Part shown: positions 25,037-39,000 of the stretch, in pieces | Numbering within the stretch: position 1 is the stretch's first letter | How the letters are laid out: every line of letters starts with the position of its first letter | Source: Psammoneis japonica | Taxonomy: Eukaryota | DNA length: 64,000 nucleotides | Assembly (NCBI GenBank): GCA_008632985.1 | Contig: QPGO01000125.1 | Span: 124,001 to 188,000 of the forward strand | Direction: 5' to 3' | Translations under genes and position numbers: made by a program | The notes under the pieces: model-generated | Told to the model about the DNA's origin: nothing | The model's database searches: none | The model's input: only the letters and a program-made list of their open reading frames with translations

Positions 25037-25417
25037 GAAAACAGGCATCAAAAGAAGGAGGAAGGAGGAGGTCAATTAATCACAACAGAGTGATTTATGG
25101 TAGCTCCATTTTTTGAAAAGTGGTAATTCCAGCAATAGAGAGTCACAAGCAAAGTTTCCTTTGTAACATTTATTGTTTCTACGTCGCTTCTTCAAGAGCA
25201 AAAAGGTGATCGATCATCATCGAACAGGAGAATGACAGAAACGAACGAAAACAGGCATCAGAAAGAAGGGGAGGAGGTCTAATCCCAGAGTGATTTACGG
25301 TAGCTCCATTTCTTGAAAAGTTGTAATTCTAGTAATAGAGAGTCACAAGTAAAGTTTCCTATGTATCGTTTCATCTTTCTACGTCGCTTCTTCAAGAGCA
25401 AAAAGGTGATCGATCAT
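25037..25417. repeat. Imperfect tandem duplication (~175-bp units at 25037-25217 and 25247-25417)
   Basis: Both copies run gaaaacaggcatca...cagagtgattta...tttctacgtcgcttcttcaagagcaaaaaggtgatcgatcat. Confidence 0.9.
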
Positions 25418-25611
25418 GGAACAAGAAGTCGCCAACGCAAGTACTATATAGTCATCATGCATATCTATCAATCCGTCCACCACCCAGCTTCACAAACGTA
25501 AGATACACAGACTCGCAGCCTGAACCGCCAACTCATGAACGATGACAAGAGGCGGAAAGGCAACAAGGAGAATGCCGAGAAGATCAGAAAAGATGGAAAA
25601 CTCCCTCTCAT

Positions 25612-27742
25612 CTATCGCATTCTCCAAACGAACCCGATTTCTTCGAGCTTGGCCTTTCGTTCGGGAGGCAAGTTGCCCTTTTTGTTCTTGACGCGCTGTT
25701 GATCGACCCACCTATAAAATACAGTATGACATAGAAGAAGAGAACCAATCAGAATGCTATGCGGTTTAACAAAAAGAACGGCGCGGGCCGGATGCATGCG
25801 TCGATGCTAACACGACTACACAGGGACTTCAACTCACCTCCCCAACTTGGCATCCTCTTCCCAATGCCTTTAAATTTGTGAATAACAAAAACGCTCGTTA
25901 GCATTGATGAAAAAACTAGTACTGCTTGCGAACATGAACGTCCCATCAACGGCACTGGGCCGTCGAATTGTTGAGCCCCCAACCGGATCACCTACAAGTA
26001 TGCGTCGCATATTGATATTAGGACGAAGAGTATCGGCAAACAAATATATGACGTACCGAGGCACCAAGCAGTTTCCATATATCTGCTTGAACTTGACAAG
26101 GCGTTTGAACATGGCGTCCCAAATGTACTTGTGAGGACACCACTCGAAACCAAGCGAATCTAGTTTCGCCTCGCGTTCGGGCGATAGATTCTTCCTACGT
26201 TTCTTATCGCGTCTTTGAGTCTGGACCCATTCTCCCAAGCGAGAATCTTCAGCGTGCTTCTGCGGCACGAGGCAATGTCCGTGCTGTTCTTTGAACTTAG
26301 TCTGTGTGTCGCGGTATAACAATGAGAGGAGATGACGATGTTGTTAGTACATGATGAGCGCGAGCTTCAATCACAGCCGGTATCGTAACCAATGCACGAG
26401 AATATACCACAAATAAAAGCCAACTATTCACATAAGAACTCGCCGAGAATAGAGGCACGGACGAATGACTTACCAATCGCTCAAACATGGCTTCCCAGGA
26501 CTCTTGCTGCTTGATGCACCACGTGAACCCCAACGCGTTCAGCCTCTCCGTACGCTCAACGGAAAGCTGCCACTTTTTATGCCGCTGGTTCATCACCCAG
26601 CGTCCAAGCTTTGGATTTTCTGCTCTCGTGTGAAAGAAACAACGAAGCGGAACCAAGCCATCAGCGACAGACGGCGAGCATAACAAAGCAAAGATGATGG
26701 TGAGTGTACGGTACGAAGAATAAAGTACGAAGAAGCATAAGGTTCAAGAGAGCAGCAACAATATACGCTGGACGAAAGCGACGACACGCGAGAAACAACA
26801 CAATCACAGCTCAATAATGACGCCAGAGCATCAAATAGGCGACTTACTACTGTAATATGTCGGCACCAAGCAATCGCCGTGCTCGAGCTTGTAGCGAACA
26901 AGCTGGTCAAACATAGAGTCCCAGACTTCTCCATACTTGTTTGCAGCCGCCGCTTTGATTTGGTCACTCTTCTTCGAGTACTCGGTATCGTCTGGAAACG
27001 GTGGCTCTTCCTGTTCTTGTTCTGTCGTCAGTTCTTCACCCGGGTCATAGAGAGAAGAAGAAGGCGGCATGAATTGAGATGCAATCACTCCGGCAGACGA
27101 GAGAGGTGCACCAGCAGGTCGCCTTCGACGAGGCACCTGAGTGGACTGAGAAGTCCTTTGCGTACCTGGAGGGGGAGCAAAGCCGAAGTGCTGCAGCAAG
27201 AACTGCTCTTCAGGGTCATCTCGGGGAGCGGGAGGTGCGCTTCTGTTTCGCTGCTGACGTGACATTGCAACATCAGGAACAGCAGCTGCTCGTCCCATGC
27301 CCGGTGGTAAGGAGAATGCCGGTTGTCCAAAGGGAGTGATTCCACCTAACGACGGAGCACTCGCCTGGTTCGGTAAAAGAGGCCACGAGGATTGCTGCTG
27401 ATTCCCCGACGGAAAAGCAGACACGACTCCTCCAGGACGAGCTCCTGCGCTCTTACCCAAGTTCACAGCATCTTGAAGAGCGGCGCTGTGAGCCGGTTGC
27501 CATTGCTGCATTGGCACTGGTACTGGACACATAATGGGGATGATAACACTCTGCTGCTGTTGCTGCGGCAGAGCGAAAGCGAGGCTTGAAGTAGCGCCTC
27601 CTCCTCCTCCTCCTCCCATAGCGGAGGCTGGGATGTTGTAGCGATGCGAGAGAAGCGGACTGTTGATCGTTCCGCTCGGTTTACGATTACGAAGTAACGC
27701 CATATTGGGGTGACGAGTGGTCCTTGGTCGTTGAGGGGGCAT
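25612..27742 (-). CDS. Second HA-repeat protein, tandem paralog of 22082-24679, multi-exon
   Basis: WDSMFDQLVRYKLEHGDCLVP, KFKEQHGHCLVPQKHAEDSRLGEWVQTQR, RWVDQQRVKNKKGNLPPERKAKLEEIGFVW. Confidence 0.85.
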
Positions 27743-28468
27743 TGTGGCTTGATGGTATTTCTGTAGGCCGGCAAGAACGTTGCTGTTGTTTTGCTTCGAG
27801 AAGCGAATTCTGACCTTCACCGAAGTCACGCTTGTGATTACCCCGCAAAATGCTGCTTGTCGTCACTGGCCCGCCAGCCTGAAGGTCGTGAATCAAACGC
27901 ACGTTCCCTGATTTTCCGATACTGCAAAAAAAGGAGTACTTGTGGCTCGCTAGATAATTATGTTGTATATGCCTATGAAGATACCATTCTGACGTGGCTC
28001 CATTAAGTAGCAGATCAACGAATTTTCTGCATTTCGCTTTGATTGCATCCGTTCTCAATTTTGATTGGCTGATGCATGTAGCCCAATTCGGTACTGAAAT
28101 TTTTTGTAGTCGATTCAACGGATTTAACCGTTATTTCAATTATTTGTTTCTGTAGTTTCTTTATCATGAAACAATATTTCTTGTAGTGCAAAAGTGTATT
28201 ATTTTTTATGCAGATGGGACCTTTCCAACTGGCATAGGGCAATATAATTAAATATTGGATTTATGGAAAGTCGCCTGTCCGCTCCGCTATGACTGTTGTT
28301 AGCGTTCGTCATCGCTTCAAGCCAAGCCATCCGTCCTGCCCATCCATCCGCCGCGCGCAGCGCGAGAGGGCCGGCAGAAGTCATTCAGTCCACGTCATCG
28401 CGCATCGATCGCACGGCGGACTGTGCGCTTTATTTTAGCGCAAACTACACACAAGCAAGCAACCAACC

Positions 28469-28933
28469 ATGACGACGTTGCGCGGCCTTTTTAGAGGGGT
28501 GTGCATTGTGCTGTTGTCCACAAAAGCACTTGCATGGGTATTACCAACAGTCAGTCGAAATCCGACTAGTCTATGGAGTGGTGGTGGAGGTGTCGAGACG
28601 GTTTCATTAGATTCCTTGGGTTCTAATCATCAAGACGAAGGAACACGCATGGCTGCTTCCATTGTCGCTTGGTTGGATGCGGAATGGATGCCACAGGAAG
28701 TTCATGTAAAAATGGCAGAATCTGCGAAACAGACCTACATTGCTTGTCGAGAAAAAGGAGACGCAGACGTCATGAGCATCATGATGCAAATTGGCAACGA
28801 CCTTGAGTCCAACTGGGCTGACTACGACGCGGATGCTTTTGTGAACGCGTGGGATGTGTCAAATTATGTATCCGATTATCTAACAAAGAGATCAGGAAGC
28901 GAGGGCTGTGAGTGTTCTTCGAAAATTTATTGA
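28469..28933 (+). CDS. Small protein of unknown function, probably plastid-targeted
   Basis: 154-aa ORF. Signal peptide ending KALA-W (ASAFAP-like cleavage) followed by a Ser/Thr-rich transit region. Globular-looking WLDAEWMPQEVH...AFVNAWDVSNYVSDYL. Confidence 0.75.
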   Translation: MTTLRGLFRGVCIVLLSTKALAWVLPTVSRNPTSLWSGGGGVETVSLDSLGSNHQDEGTRMAASIVAWLDAEWMPQEVHVKMAESAKQTYIACREKGDADVMSIMMQIGNDLESNWADYDADAFVNAWDVSNYVSDYLTKRSGSEGCECSSKIY

Positions 28934-28982
28934 AGTAGATGCTTTTGAAAACTAGACGATGCTATTAAATTCTATTCCCGGT

Positions 28983-31872
28983 TCATTTCTTTCGGGGGAA
29001 TATCATTCGTCTCAGACTTTTCTTTTCATTCTTGGCCTTTTCCATCATCGTTGCTGGTGTGATCAAACGTTGTTCAGGATTGCCAGATGCACCGCGCTGT
29101 CTGGACTTTGACGCAAGTGGCGGTAGCTCGGATCTTTGATCTGGTTCTTCCTCCCGCTTCTTGTACACGGGATGTCCTCTGGATGCTTCCAACCAGGTCT
29201 TTTCTTCACCGCTCAAAGAGTCTTTTAGTCTAATAAGGTCCTTGTATATTTCTTCAAAGGGTAGGCGGTCGTCTGGGCGTTCGCTCCAGCAAATTTCGAT
29301 TAGTGCGGCGACATCTCTTGGGGTGCCTTCCGGGAATGGTGGTCTCGCGTATTCAAGAGCCACCTTCCCGGCAGCTTCGATTTGAGTACAACCCGCAAAA
29401 GGACTTTCCCGTGTCAGCAGCTGCCAGAGCTAAAGAACAAGAATACAACATGAGGGGTTTTGTCAGCACACTCCTTATCAGCCACAATTGTAGAGACAGC
29501 CAAAGAACAACTTACCAGCAGAGCAAAAGAGTAGACATCGGCCATGTTGGAATACGATTCATGTCGAATCACTTCTGGACTCATCCAACGGTAGGTTCCT
29601 GTTTCGGCCGTGCGCTCCATCGTGTTGCTGGCGGAATTGTCTTCCAGCGTCGTGGCCACACCAAAGTCGGTCACTTTGACAATAAAGTTACCATTTCCAA
29701 CGTCTCCGTGTAGCAGGACGTTGCCTGGTTTGATATCTCTGTGAATCACTCCTCGCGAATGCAAGTATGCCATACCATTGGCAATACTTGATGCGACATG
29801 AAAGAAAAAGTTCGGTGTCGTTGGTCGACGCAAGGCTGACTCCAAATCTCCAGAGTCGCAATATTCTAATACCAAACAATAAGTCAACGGGGAACGATTG
29901 TAGACGGAACCAAGCAGGCGGATAATGTTTGGATGGTGCAATCGTTGAAGAGACTGAACTTCGGATTTCCATCCTTGCAGTCCCATTTCGGTGATGGATG
30001 CCACCTTGACTGCAACCTCTTGACCCGACCATTTCGCCAGGTAGGTTGTCCCAGCTCCACCACGTCCAACTCGCTTCAAAAACTGCAACTCGTAGAGATT
30101 GATTTCCCATTCCTTGTTGGACGCTTCCCCGATATCAAACTCTTCCGACACTTCTGCCATGGAAATGCCCTCGCCGACAAGTGCTCCGTCTTCCTCTTCC
30201 TCCTGGTAAAGCGGAGACCTATTGGTTGCTCGCATGTCATCTGGCTTTGGTAGTACTACGGTCGACCCATTCTGCTGCTGCGTTAGTATCGAAAGCAGTT
30301 TCTCTTTCACCTCTTCTGGGGGCATTTTCTGAATCACGTCGTAAGCTCTCTCTGGAGGAGTACTGCTGGAATCGACCAACATTCGCGCCAGTGACTCTGC
30401 CGTCGGTTGCTTGCCATTTTCTGTTTTGGTTAAGAGTTAAGCGGTAAACCCCGTCAGAATCAAGTTAAAGATAAATATCAAACTTTACAGAGCCATGACC
30501 TTTCGTCGTGTTTACACTTACCACCACCTGTCGCCTCGTTTTCACCGAGTCCATTGACTACCGGAGCAGATTCTTGCTCCAACAAGCATTCAATCTCTTC
30601 CATAATGAGCAACTCCAAGCAATGCAAACGATCAATGTACACCGTGATGAGCTCCCAGAATTCCTCGGTTCGCATATCCTGTTGAAAATCCACCAAATCA
30701 AAGTCGGACAAAATCTTTTGCTGTAGCGCTGCCATTTGTGGTCCATACTCGACACTTGGCTGGACCAAGGCCATGATATTCAAAAAAGAAGGATGAAACA
30801 CCATGGATCCCAATTCCTCGACAAGACCTCGTTGATTTTCCACTTCAAGCACTAAATCATTCAGCATTCGTTGTTTGAGTACTTGTAATTCATTTCCCGG
30901 CTGGCCATGACGTCCCATGGCGAGAAACGAAGAAAGAGTGGCACGTTCCACACCCGTCGATTCCTTGAGACGAACAAAACAACCCAAAAGTTGCAAAAGA
31001 GATTCCATACGAGTGTGTGGACACGACGTTGCTGCAGGCGCGACGCCAGGCTCAAATGACACGACACGAGGAGACCCCGGTGGTACTACTCCAGGCGGAG
31101 AGGGAGGGGTTGAACCGAGTTTATGGGAAAAGAGAGGAGGAGAAAACTGCCGAAAACACGGAGACGAATCAACCCGTCTCATGCTAGAGTCCCCCTCCGA
31201 TGATTCGAAAGCTTGTTGTGGTGGGTGATTGGCTGTATCCGGCACTGATGATCCAAGAAATGCGAGAGGGGACACAAAGAAAGGTTCTGACGTTTGAGTA
31301 CGTCGGTGCCGATTTCTTCCTGGAACGTTTGATGATGGTGCACCACCACTGTTTGTAGATGGAGATCTACGGTGCTTTGCTGACGACGCCGAAGAGGGTT
31401 TGTTGACATGCGGAACAACAACGTCATGAACAAAGCCCGATAATAGCGAGTTGAACATGTGAAGAATCCTGTGAAAACCAGTCCCAGTCATTCCTCTGCC
31501 TTTATGATGTGTGCTGTTGTCAATCAAGTTTCGAATTTTCTGAAGCGATTTCAGGGTTGGAACGCCCTGTTTCGAAGAGCACTGCTCGAAGAGACGCATA
31601 GCGACATCCGTATCATTTCGTGCTGCTGTAACCTGTACTGAGAATGGTTCGTCCGCATGGATTCCTTCGTTGGCAACGGAAGAGCAATAAGCACAGCTCG
31701 CACCACGTTCCTTCTGCATACAGTGAATCAACCTCAACGCTCGCCGTAACGTGGAGGCATCGACCGACATTTTCGCCTTTGAAGCAACACCACCACCAGC
31801 TAAGGATCTTCCGATACCAGATGATGTGCTCTGCTCTCCCCGTTTTCCGTGATCATGAGGAGCAGGTGTCAT
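28983..31872 (-). CDS. NIT (nitrate/nitrite-sensing) domain + tyrosine-kinase-like protein kinase, 3 exons (introns ~30421-30521, ~29430-29515)
   Basis: NIT signatures LIHCMQKERGAS and LKESTGVERATL. Kinase motifs GRGGAG, VAVK, HRDIKPGN, DFG, GTYRWMSPE, DVYSF, CW...P.DRLPF. The true start may lie further upstream. Confidence 0.88.
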
Positions 31873-32385
31873 TGTTGCGCCGATGGTCTATGTCGTTGCC
31901 TCTGAACTTCTGCCCGTCGCTTTTTGTTGGTTTTCGACCTGCCCTCTTTTTTGTGGCGAGCGGAGGCGGAGAGAACAACGCGACACCACTTCTCCTAAGT
32001 CTTGATGACGTATTTGTTTTAGTGATCTTTCTCGAGACTTCAAGAAGACATCGTACATTTCTACGTGGAGCGCTTCGTGGAAATGTCTGCCCCATGTCAG
32101 GATCCAAAATGATTGGTTGAAAGACAACACGTACGAAAAGAAATAATAAACCTACAATGATAAATAATATATTCTTTTAGCTGTCGACGTACGAACTTCC
32201 CGTGTTTTTGCTCTTGTCATTCTCCCGCCGACGCCGACCGCCGATGATGGTCAACAAACAAAAGGTGACGAAGCGACGGTGTCAAACGCCAAACAAAACA
32301 GCGAACGACAATTCCTTTTACGTATGAATTCTATAATTCAAAGACAGAGTGAAGCGTAGCTGAGATTAAGAGAGTTTACCGAACG

Positions 32386-35300
32386 ATGAGCACCAAGAAC
32401 AACTTGCATCCGATTTATGTGGCTCTGGATCAGCATCAGTATTCTCGAGCCATCAAGTTAGCCTTGGGTCTGCCATCCGACAATATGTTGGGACAAGCCT
32501 TACTAGCCGTCGCATACCAAAAGCGGGGCAAAAAGAAAAGTCCTTGTTTGTTATCGCAGATTTGCTCATCAACGAACTCACACGGAGGAGTTTTGGTTTG
32601 AATTAAAGGCGAGGCTTGCACGAACATCTCCTCCTCCTCTTCAAGCGACAACGCCACAACCCACTCCGGTTAAATCAAAGGGTAAAAAGAATAAAAGGAA
32701 AGCATCAACCGCTAGCAGTACAAAGCCGGTGAAGGAGCTACCGCCATCACAGCAACAACGACAACCTGTCGATTTGATTCAAGAGTTGGACGGTAAAGCT
32801 TCGTTTCCAGAAACATGGGACAAGATGGATGTCAGTAGCAAGGCTCCCATAATCGATGAGGTATGACTGGAATCAATTGCGTTACTTCTTTGCTGGAAGT
32901 CTTTAGGGAATCAATTGACATTATTTTCTCTCTTTCTTTACAGACGATTCTGGCCACCTTGTCAATACCCATGCAAGCCATGAACCTCATCCCGACTGTC
33001 TATCAAATGTATCTAGGAGCATGCCAATATGTTGCGGCACACGATAAGAAAAACACAGAATTAATAAATGCTCTATTGTCACGGTCTTTTGAAATGGGAT
33101 TGCGTTGGTTGCCACATTCCAAACCATCAAGTGTTCAGCTACAAATCCTGCCAATCTCCAAATGTCGGCATTGCAATTGGCAAGGCTCTCGGCGGCGCAA
33201 GATGTAAAGAAATACACGGCGTGGGCGGCAAGAGTAATTCTATGGCAACATGAAGAACTATCTAAATTGTCGAACGAATCAAGTAGTGACGACGAGAAGG
33301 CTGCGATTCAGTCAAAGATGCAAATGACCTTGAGGCTGGCAGAATCACTCGCGCAAAAGTCAATGTCGTCGCCGCCCACGGCACAAGATTGCTGGTTGTA
33401 CATTGACGCCCTTACCCGTCAGAAAAAGTATCAGGAGATTTTGGATTGGTTGGTGCAAGTAGAGGATACGCAGCAACAAGGTGCAGAATTCACTGCTGTT
33501 CACATGGACAAGCAGCAAATACAGCAACAAAAGGCAGAAATGTATGTGGCCATGCATGCCTATCAAGAGGGCGCACAACTGTACGAAGAATTAATTCGTC
33601 AGCATATCGATGATTGGTCGTATTGGATGGGATACGTATCTTGTTGTTTTCATCACGGTGGTTTGGAAGAAACCTTGACGAAAGGACAGTCCCTTGTGGA
33701 TTCTATTCTTAACGGGGCGCAACCGCCATTGCCAAGAGGGCCATTTCTGGCAAGAGTAGAATTGGCTGCCACGAAAGTTCGGGGCGGGATAAGATCAGAT
33801 GCCCAAGACGACAGTAGAGAGATTTCGTCATCTGCTGACGATCTCGGTCATTTGCAGGAGAAGATTGTCGAATATGCGAGCCACTGGTCGCTTCGTGCAT
33901 CTTGTGCCTTTTCGGACCTTGAACCCTACATCAGACTCCTTGTCCATAAGAACAAGCGTGTGAGTGGTCAGGACAATGCTGCTGCTACAAAGCTGCTGAC
34001 TTGGGCTAAGGAATGGCAATCGGAAAACTGCCAATACGGAAACGCGAACACAGACGCAAAGCAAGAGAGGTACAAACTACGAGCGTTCATCTTTGCAGCG
34101 AAGCTCTCGTACCTGTTGGTGGGATTACTTGACCTTCCAGAGGACGATACATGGCTGGGGAGCACTACAGGACTGCTCAAGGAATGGAAATGGGCTCTTG
34201 CAATCTCCAGTAGTGATCAACAGAACGGTAAGGATGACGAGGTTGCTCAGAAAGAGAACCAGCCAGGCGACGAGCTGATATTGATAGCTGTGAAAAGACT
34301 TCTTCAGATCAGTTCTTCCGATAAGGACAATAACTTGTACCTCGCAGCGAGCTTGTTGGAGCTTGGAATGAGGAGTTCTCCTCACAATGCATATCTTGCC
34401 ATATCCGCGATGGATGTATATGCAAAGTTAAATGCAAGCTGGCGGGCATGGGAATTATACAAAAAGACGTTATCTCTCAAGCACATACAACTTGACTCGT
34501 GCTCATACCTAATGCTCGACAAGCTGGTTGCAGGTGGTTTGTACAATGAACTTGTCGAAGAGTCGGGGAATATTCTCAAGTTTCACGCGTCCACATTAAA
34601 GGATACGGGAGATTTTCTGGCTCGAGCAATGCAACACGGATCGCTGAACAAGGCTAATGAATTTTTGGTGTTTCAGCAGCTACGAATGAACCATAGTGTC
34701 GCTCAATTGGACGCCAAGCACTATATTATGGACGGTGCTGCCCTTATTCGTGCTGTCGACGTGCCGTCATCGTCGAAAAAGAATAAACATGACTCACAGC
34801 CATTCGGAGAGCAACATGGAATCATTGGAGGTCCCAAAGATGTGGAACGTGCAGTCAACATGGCATGCGAAGCAAAGAATCCTCTGGAGCCCCAGCATTG
34901 TTTCCGTCGATGCTATGAATGAAAATGTCTGCAGTGACAATCGGGACGTATCCCTCCTCGCCGACCAAATGATGCAGCCTATTGCACCAGTGACAAGAGA
35001 GCAAGTAACAAGTCGCTCACTTCGATGCGGCATACACACGCTCTACTAATTCGTGCGGCTTTGTGCGTTGACGCTTGCAAAGGACCAAAAAAGGGCAAGG
35101 TGCAGAAGCCGACGGAAGAACTCGTTCGGAGTGTAATAGCCTGCTTGAGGCGGTGCAGTCTGCTTCTGACTTTTGTCAAAATGGTTCAAAGAATTTCCCG
35201 TTGGCGTATCTGGAGCTGTTACGAGCTCTTTTCATTCAATGTCACGTTCTTGTTGTAGTTACATCGGGTTTGAAGTGTTCACCGGATGATGCATCTCCGG

Positions 35301-35934
35301 AGAGTGATAGTTTGGTTGGCCGTGAAGGGCGGATTTCCGAAATGCTACCAAGTGCTACTACTCACCTTGAAGCAGCGCAGAAGAAACTCGATCTTACTTC
35401 AAAGGAGCCGTCTGAATCAGTCTCGATCGTCTGCAGATTACTCCCTGATTGCCTTGTTGCTGTGTATGCTCTGTTGCAGATACACGGAAACATGTTTGCG
35501 ACGTTTGGGTGGGGGAAGCGAAAAAGAAAGACGAAAGCTGCGGCGGGAGCCTTGGCAGAGTTTGCCATTGCTTTGCGGCAGATAGTTTCAGATATGGCAC
35601 AGGTTTTATCCAGGTAAGTTGGAGTTTTCGAAACCGCCCGGGATTTTTAAGTTTGTCGCCACGCTCCAGCAGCTCTCAAATGTTTGGCTTCGGCACTCGA
35701 CTCACTTCTTCGTGCAGATTGCCGACCGAGGATGCTAAAGTGAGTCCGGAATCTTTGGAGATTGAGAATGACATCATACTGCGCTTACAAGAAGCAGCAA
35801 TTGATCCGGCCGTGGTAAAAGAAACGATGCAGCACGTCATGCATTCACAACTTGTGACTCGAAACCGGGTCGTCCCGTTGCTGGATCATGTTAGGAGCGA
35901 GCTCGACAATTTTGACGTGGCTGAAGAACCATAG
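32386..35934 (+). CDS. NAA25: NatB N-terminal acetyltransferase auxiliary subunit (NAA25/Mdm20), with introns and several apparent frameshifts
   Basis: PIYVALDQHQYSRAIKL start, DDWSYW, PRGPFLARVEL, SCAFSDLEPY, ENQPGDEL, SPHNAYL, LSLKHIQLDSCSYL. Confidence 0.85.
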
Positions 35935-36093
35935 CAAACAAAGACTCCGCGCATTTCATACTGAATAAGAAGATACGATGGCAAATAGAAAGGGAGAGAA
36001 CGAAATCAACACAGCACATGAATGCAAAGAGTATTATTTAGTTTTTTAAGTCCCAAAGGTCAGAGAAAGATCACGCCTCATCTGCACATCCCA

Positions 36094-39000
36094 CTACACT
36101 AGCTCGATTTCGGTATTCTGTGGAGTGCTCTGAGGACCCTTGTATGAGCCCTTCGCCTCTTCTTCGTCTTTAGCCCTTTCTTTCTCTTCGAGGACAATAA
36201 GACGTAGCCTTTGGCTTCTGTGCTCACGATAGTACCATAAGATTCCTGCAAGCATAATGATGACAATGCTAGACCAAGCAATCAAATTCATGACAAGCGG
36301 ATTATATGGTTTGCCGTCACCTGCGATGCCGTTATTCTCATCCAAGTATTCATCCCAAGACGACTCAATGTAGACGTTTATCGTGAGAAGTACCGCGTCG
36401 AATGTGCCGTGCAAAATTACAGCAGGAAGGATGACTCGTCCCACCCCAATGTTATGGTTGTTGTCCTCCGTGCATTCTACAAACTTTCGAATCATGTTGA
36501 TACTCTGCATCGCCGCAGCCAGTGCATGGACAGGAAAGATAGAACGGAAGAACAAAACAAGCCATTCTTCCAAAACACCACCATCACTGCCGTTGTCAAT
36601 ATCATCGCGGTTCGAGCTCGTGCCACCGAGAAGAAACACATAGAGGAAATTCTCGGCGCACGCCAAACCAACCGCCACACTAATCATGGCCGTGGTGACG
36701 GCTGCTGCCTTTTGACGATGCGTACGAACATCATTGTCATCCTCATGAAACTCTTCTTGGGTGTTTGTACGTTCAATCATGCGTTCGGACGGCAACATTT
36801 CATCCGGATGTTTGCCGCTTCTGCTACTTCGGCCACTACGACTGGAATACTCGGATAAAGAAGCAAAGGAGCTTGCGCGTTGGTTGAAATCGCTCACTTG
36901 GTGACCAGCAAAAGAGTAACTAGCCACGCCGCCTTCGTCAACGGTCTTTTCGTGGCTTCTACGATCGAGGCCGGTCAGAAAGATTAAATCTGGATGCTCC
37001 ACGGTGCGAAAGGTATAGTACTTGCAGAGCTCTTCGGTGACGGCGGCAACCAAATAGGCATTGACGAGTTCCCCCAATATCCATAAGAACTTGTAGTTGT
37101 CAACAAACCAGTTGACAAAGGCCTCACCTCGAATCATCTCAATGATCGCGTATAAGGTGTAAACAATCATGAGAAGGGCGTTGACGAGGATACCCTCAAA
37201 CACCAAAGCCGATGGTGTCGCAATGACAAAACCTGCGGCGAAGAACTTTGGATTGTTGAAACACACATGGCGGTCCATGTTAGTGCGAGAGAACCAAGAG
37301 AAGAAAGCAATCACTGATCTTTACGCAACACACTCACCTTGATAACCCCATCCAGGGACAAGTCACTCTTGTGAAAGACCCAATGAATAATGTAAAGGAC
37401 TAAAAAGCTCTGGAAGAAGGTCGCAAGCAAGACCACTCCATCATTCCACGAAAAGGATGCTCGCGGATTAAAAATCAATGTGAGCAGCAGCGCCACTGTA
37501 ACAGAAACAAAGACTGCCACAATGTATCGACTGAGTGTGCTGAGAGCATAAATGTGCGGCATGAAACCGGTTTTAGGGCGTCTCTTTCCCAACCATCCTC
37601 GGCGTAGATCATTCACGTCTTTTTGGTACTCATGAAACGGCTGATGGGTAAGAAAGTCAATCCGCTGGAGTCTCGGTGGGATCAAGAGACGGACCTCTCG
37701 TGCTTCTTGAGCCAAAGCACACACTGACAAGCACTGACACCAGCATTTGCACAGCGCCCCGCAACACATGGACATGAGGCATTGGAAGCCCCGTGCCACG
37801 CAATCCATGTACTTGCGCTTCTTCTTGTCAGGCACTCCAACACTGCTTGCATCGTCGTCGTCATAATCATATTCAATTTGAGGAGGGTCCACGGGATAAC
37901 ATCCACAGAGAGTGTGGCTGCAAGCCCCTTCGTAACGATCCTCACGAGCGTTCTCGAGCGACGTGCGTTTTCCATCGGCACTCTTGGAGGCATACATGAG
38001 GTGGTCTTCTTGAGCACGGGCCCGTACCAAGGCATACCGCGTCCTCATGCGCCTTCGGCGCCCCACGATACCCAGCAAGATCAAGAATGCCACGCACAAG
38101 AGAAGCGAACTGTCGCGCCCACGTCTCGGGTTTCGTCAGCCGTAGTGTTGCTGTTGTAAGAGCCTTGGTTCTTGTTGTTGTAACCACCATAGCCACCGTC
38201 ATCGTTGTAATCGTTGTTGTTGTAACCATCTTCCAGGATACGTTCTTGATTTTCTTCGGTGGTTTCATCGTCCCGGTACCACTCGTTCTGGATAATGTCA
38301 TACATTGGTTGCCAAAAGGCTTCCTGGTAATCGCGAATCTTGAATACACCACGAACCGGATGTTCCGTGTAGGATAGGAAAGAAGCTCCTGTACTTTCCA
38401 AAAGACGGTTGTTGTTGCCGTCATCATTGTAGTTATCGTCACCGTAGGCATCATCCCCGTTGTTGTTGTTGTAGCCATCATCGTTGTACTGGTTATTATT
38501 ATTGTTGTTGTAGCCATCATCTCCATTGTTGTAGCCATCATCATTGTACTGATTGGCAGCCGCGGCATCATCGCCATCAAAATCATAATCCACCACACCA
38601 TCATATGCGGTACCTCCCTGCCCAAATCCCCACACCACAAAGGTGACTCCAATCAAAAAGAGCGTCAACAGCAGTCCATATGCTACAATACGAGACGGTG
38701 CCCTCGACGCTTTCTTTTTGCTGGAACGCTTCGTCACACCCCTACGTTCGTTTCTAAGATTCAACAAAAATTCCGTTCGTTGACTCAGAATCAATCCAAA
38801 GCATCCAATCGAAGCACATACAAGTGATTCATCCAGAAAGAGGTGTTTGAGAGACGTACTGAATCCACGATAACGATAGATACGTCGAATCTCAAGCCAC
38901 TCATCGTCTTCGTCTTGAGGAAGAGATCGTTCACTGCGTGCTTGAGAGACACGTGATTCATAGGAATCTACCGAATCGTCATCGTCCAGCTGCGAACTGT

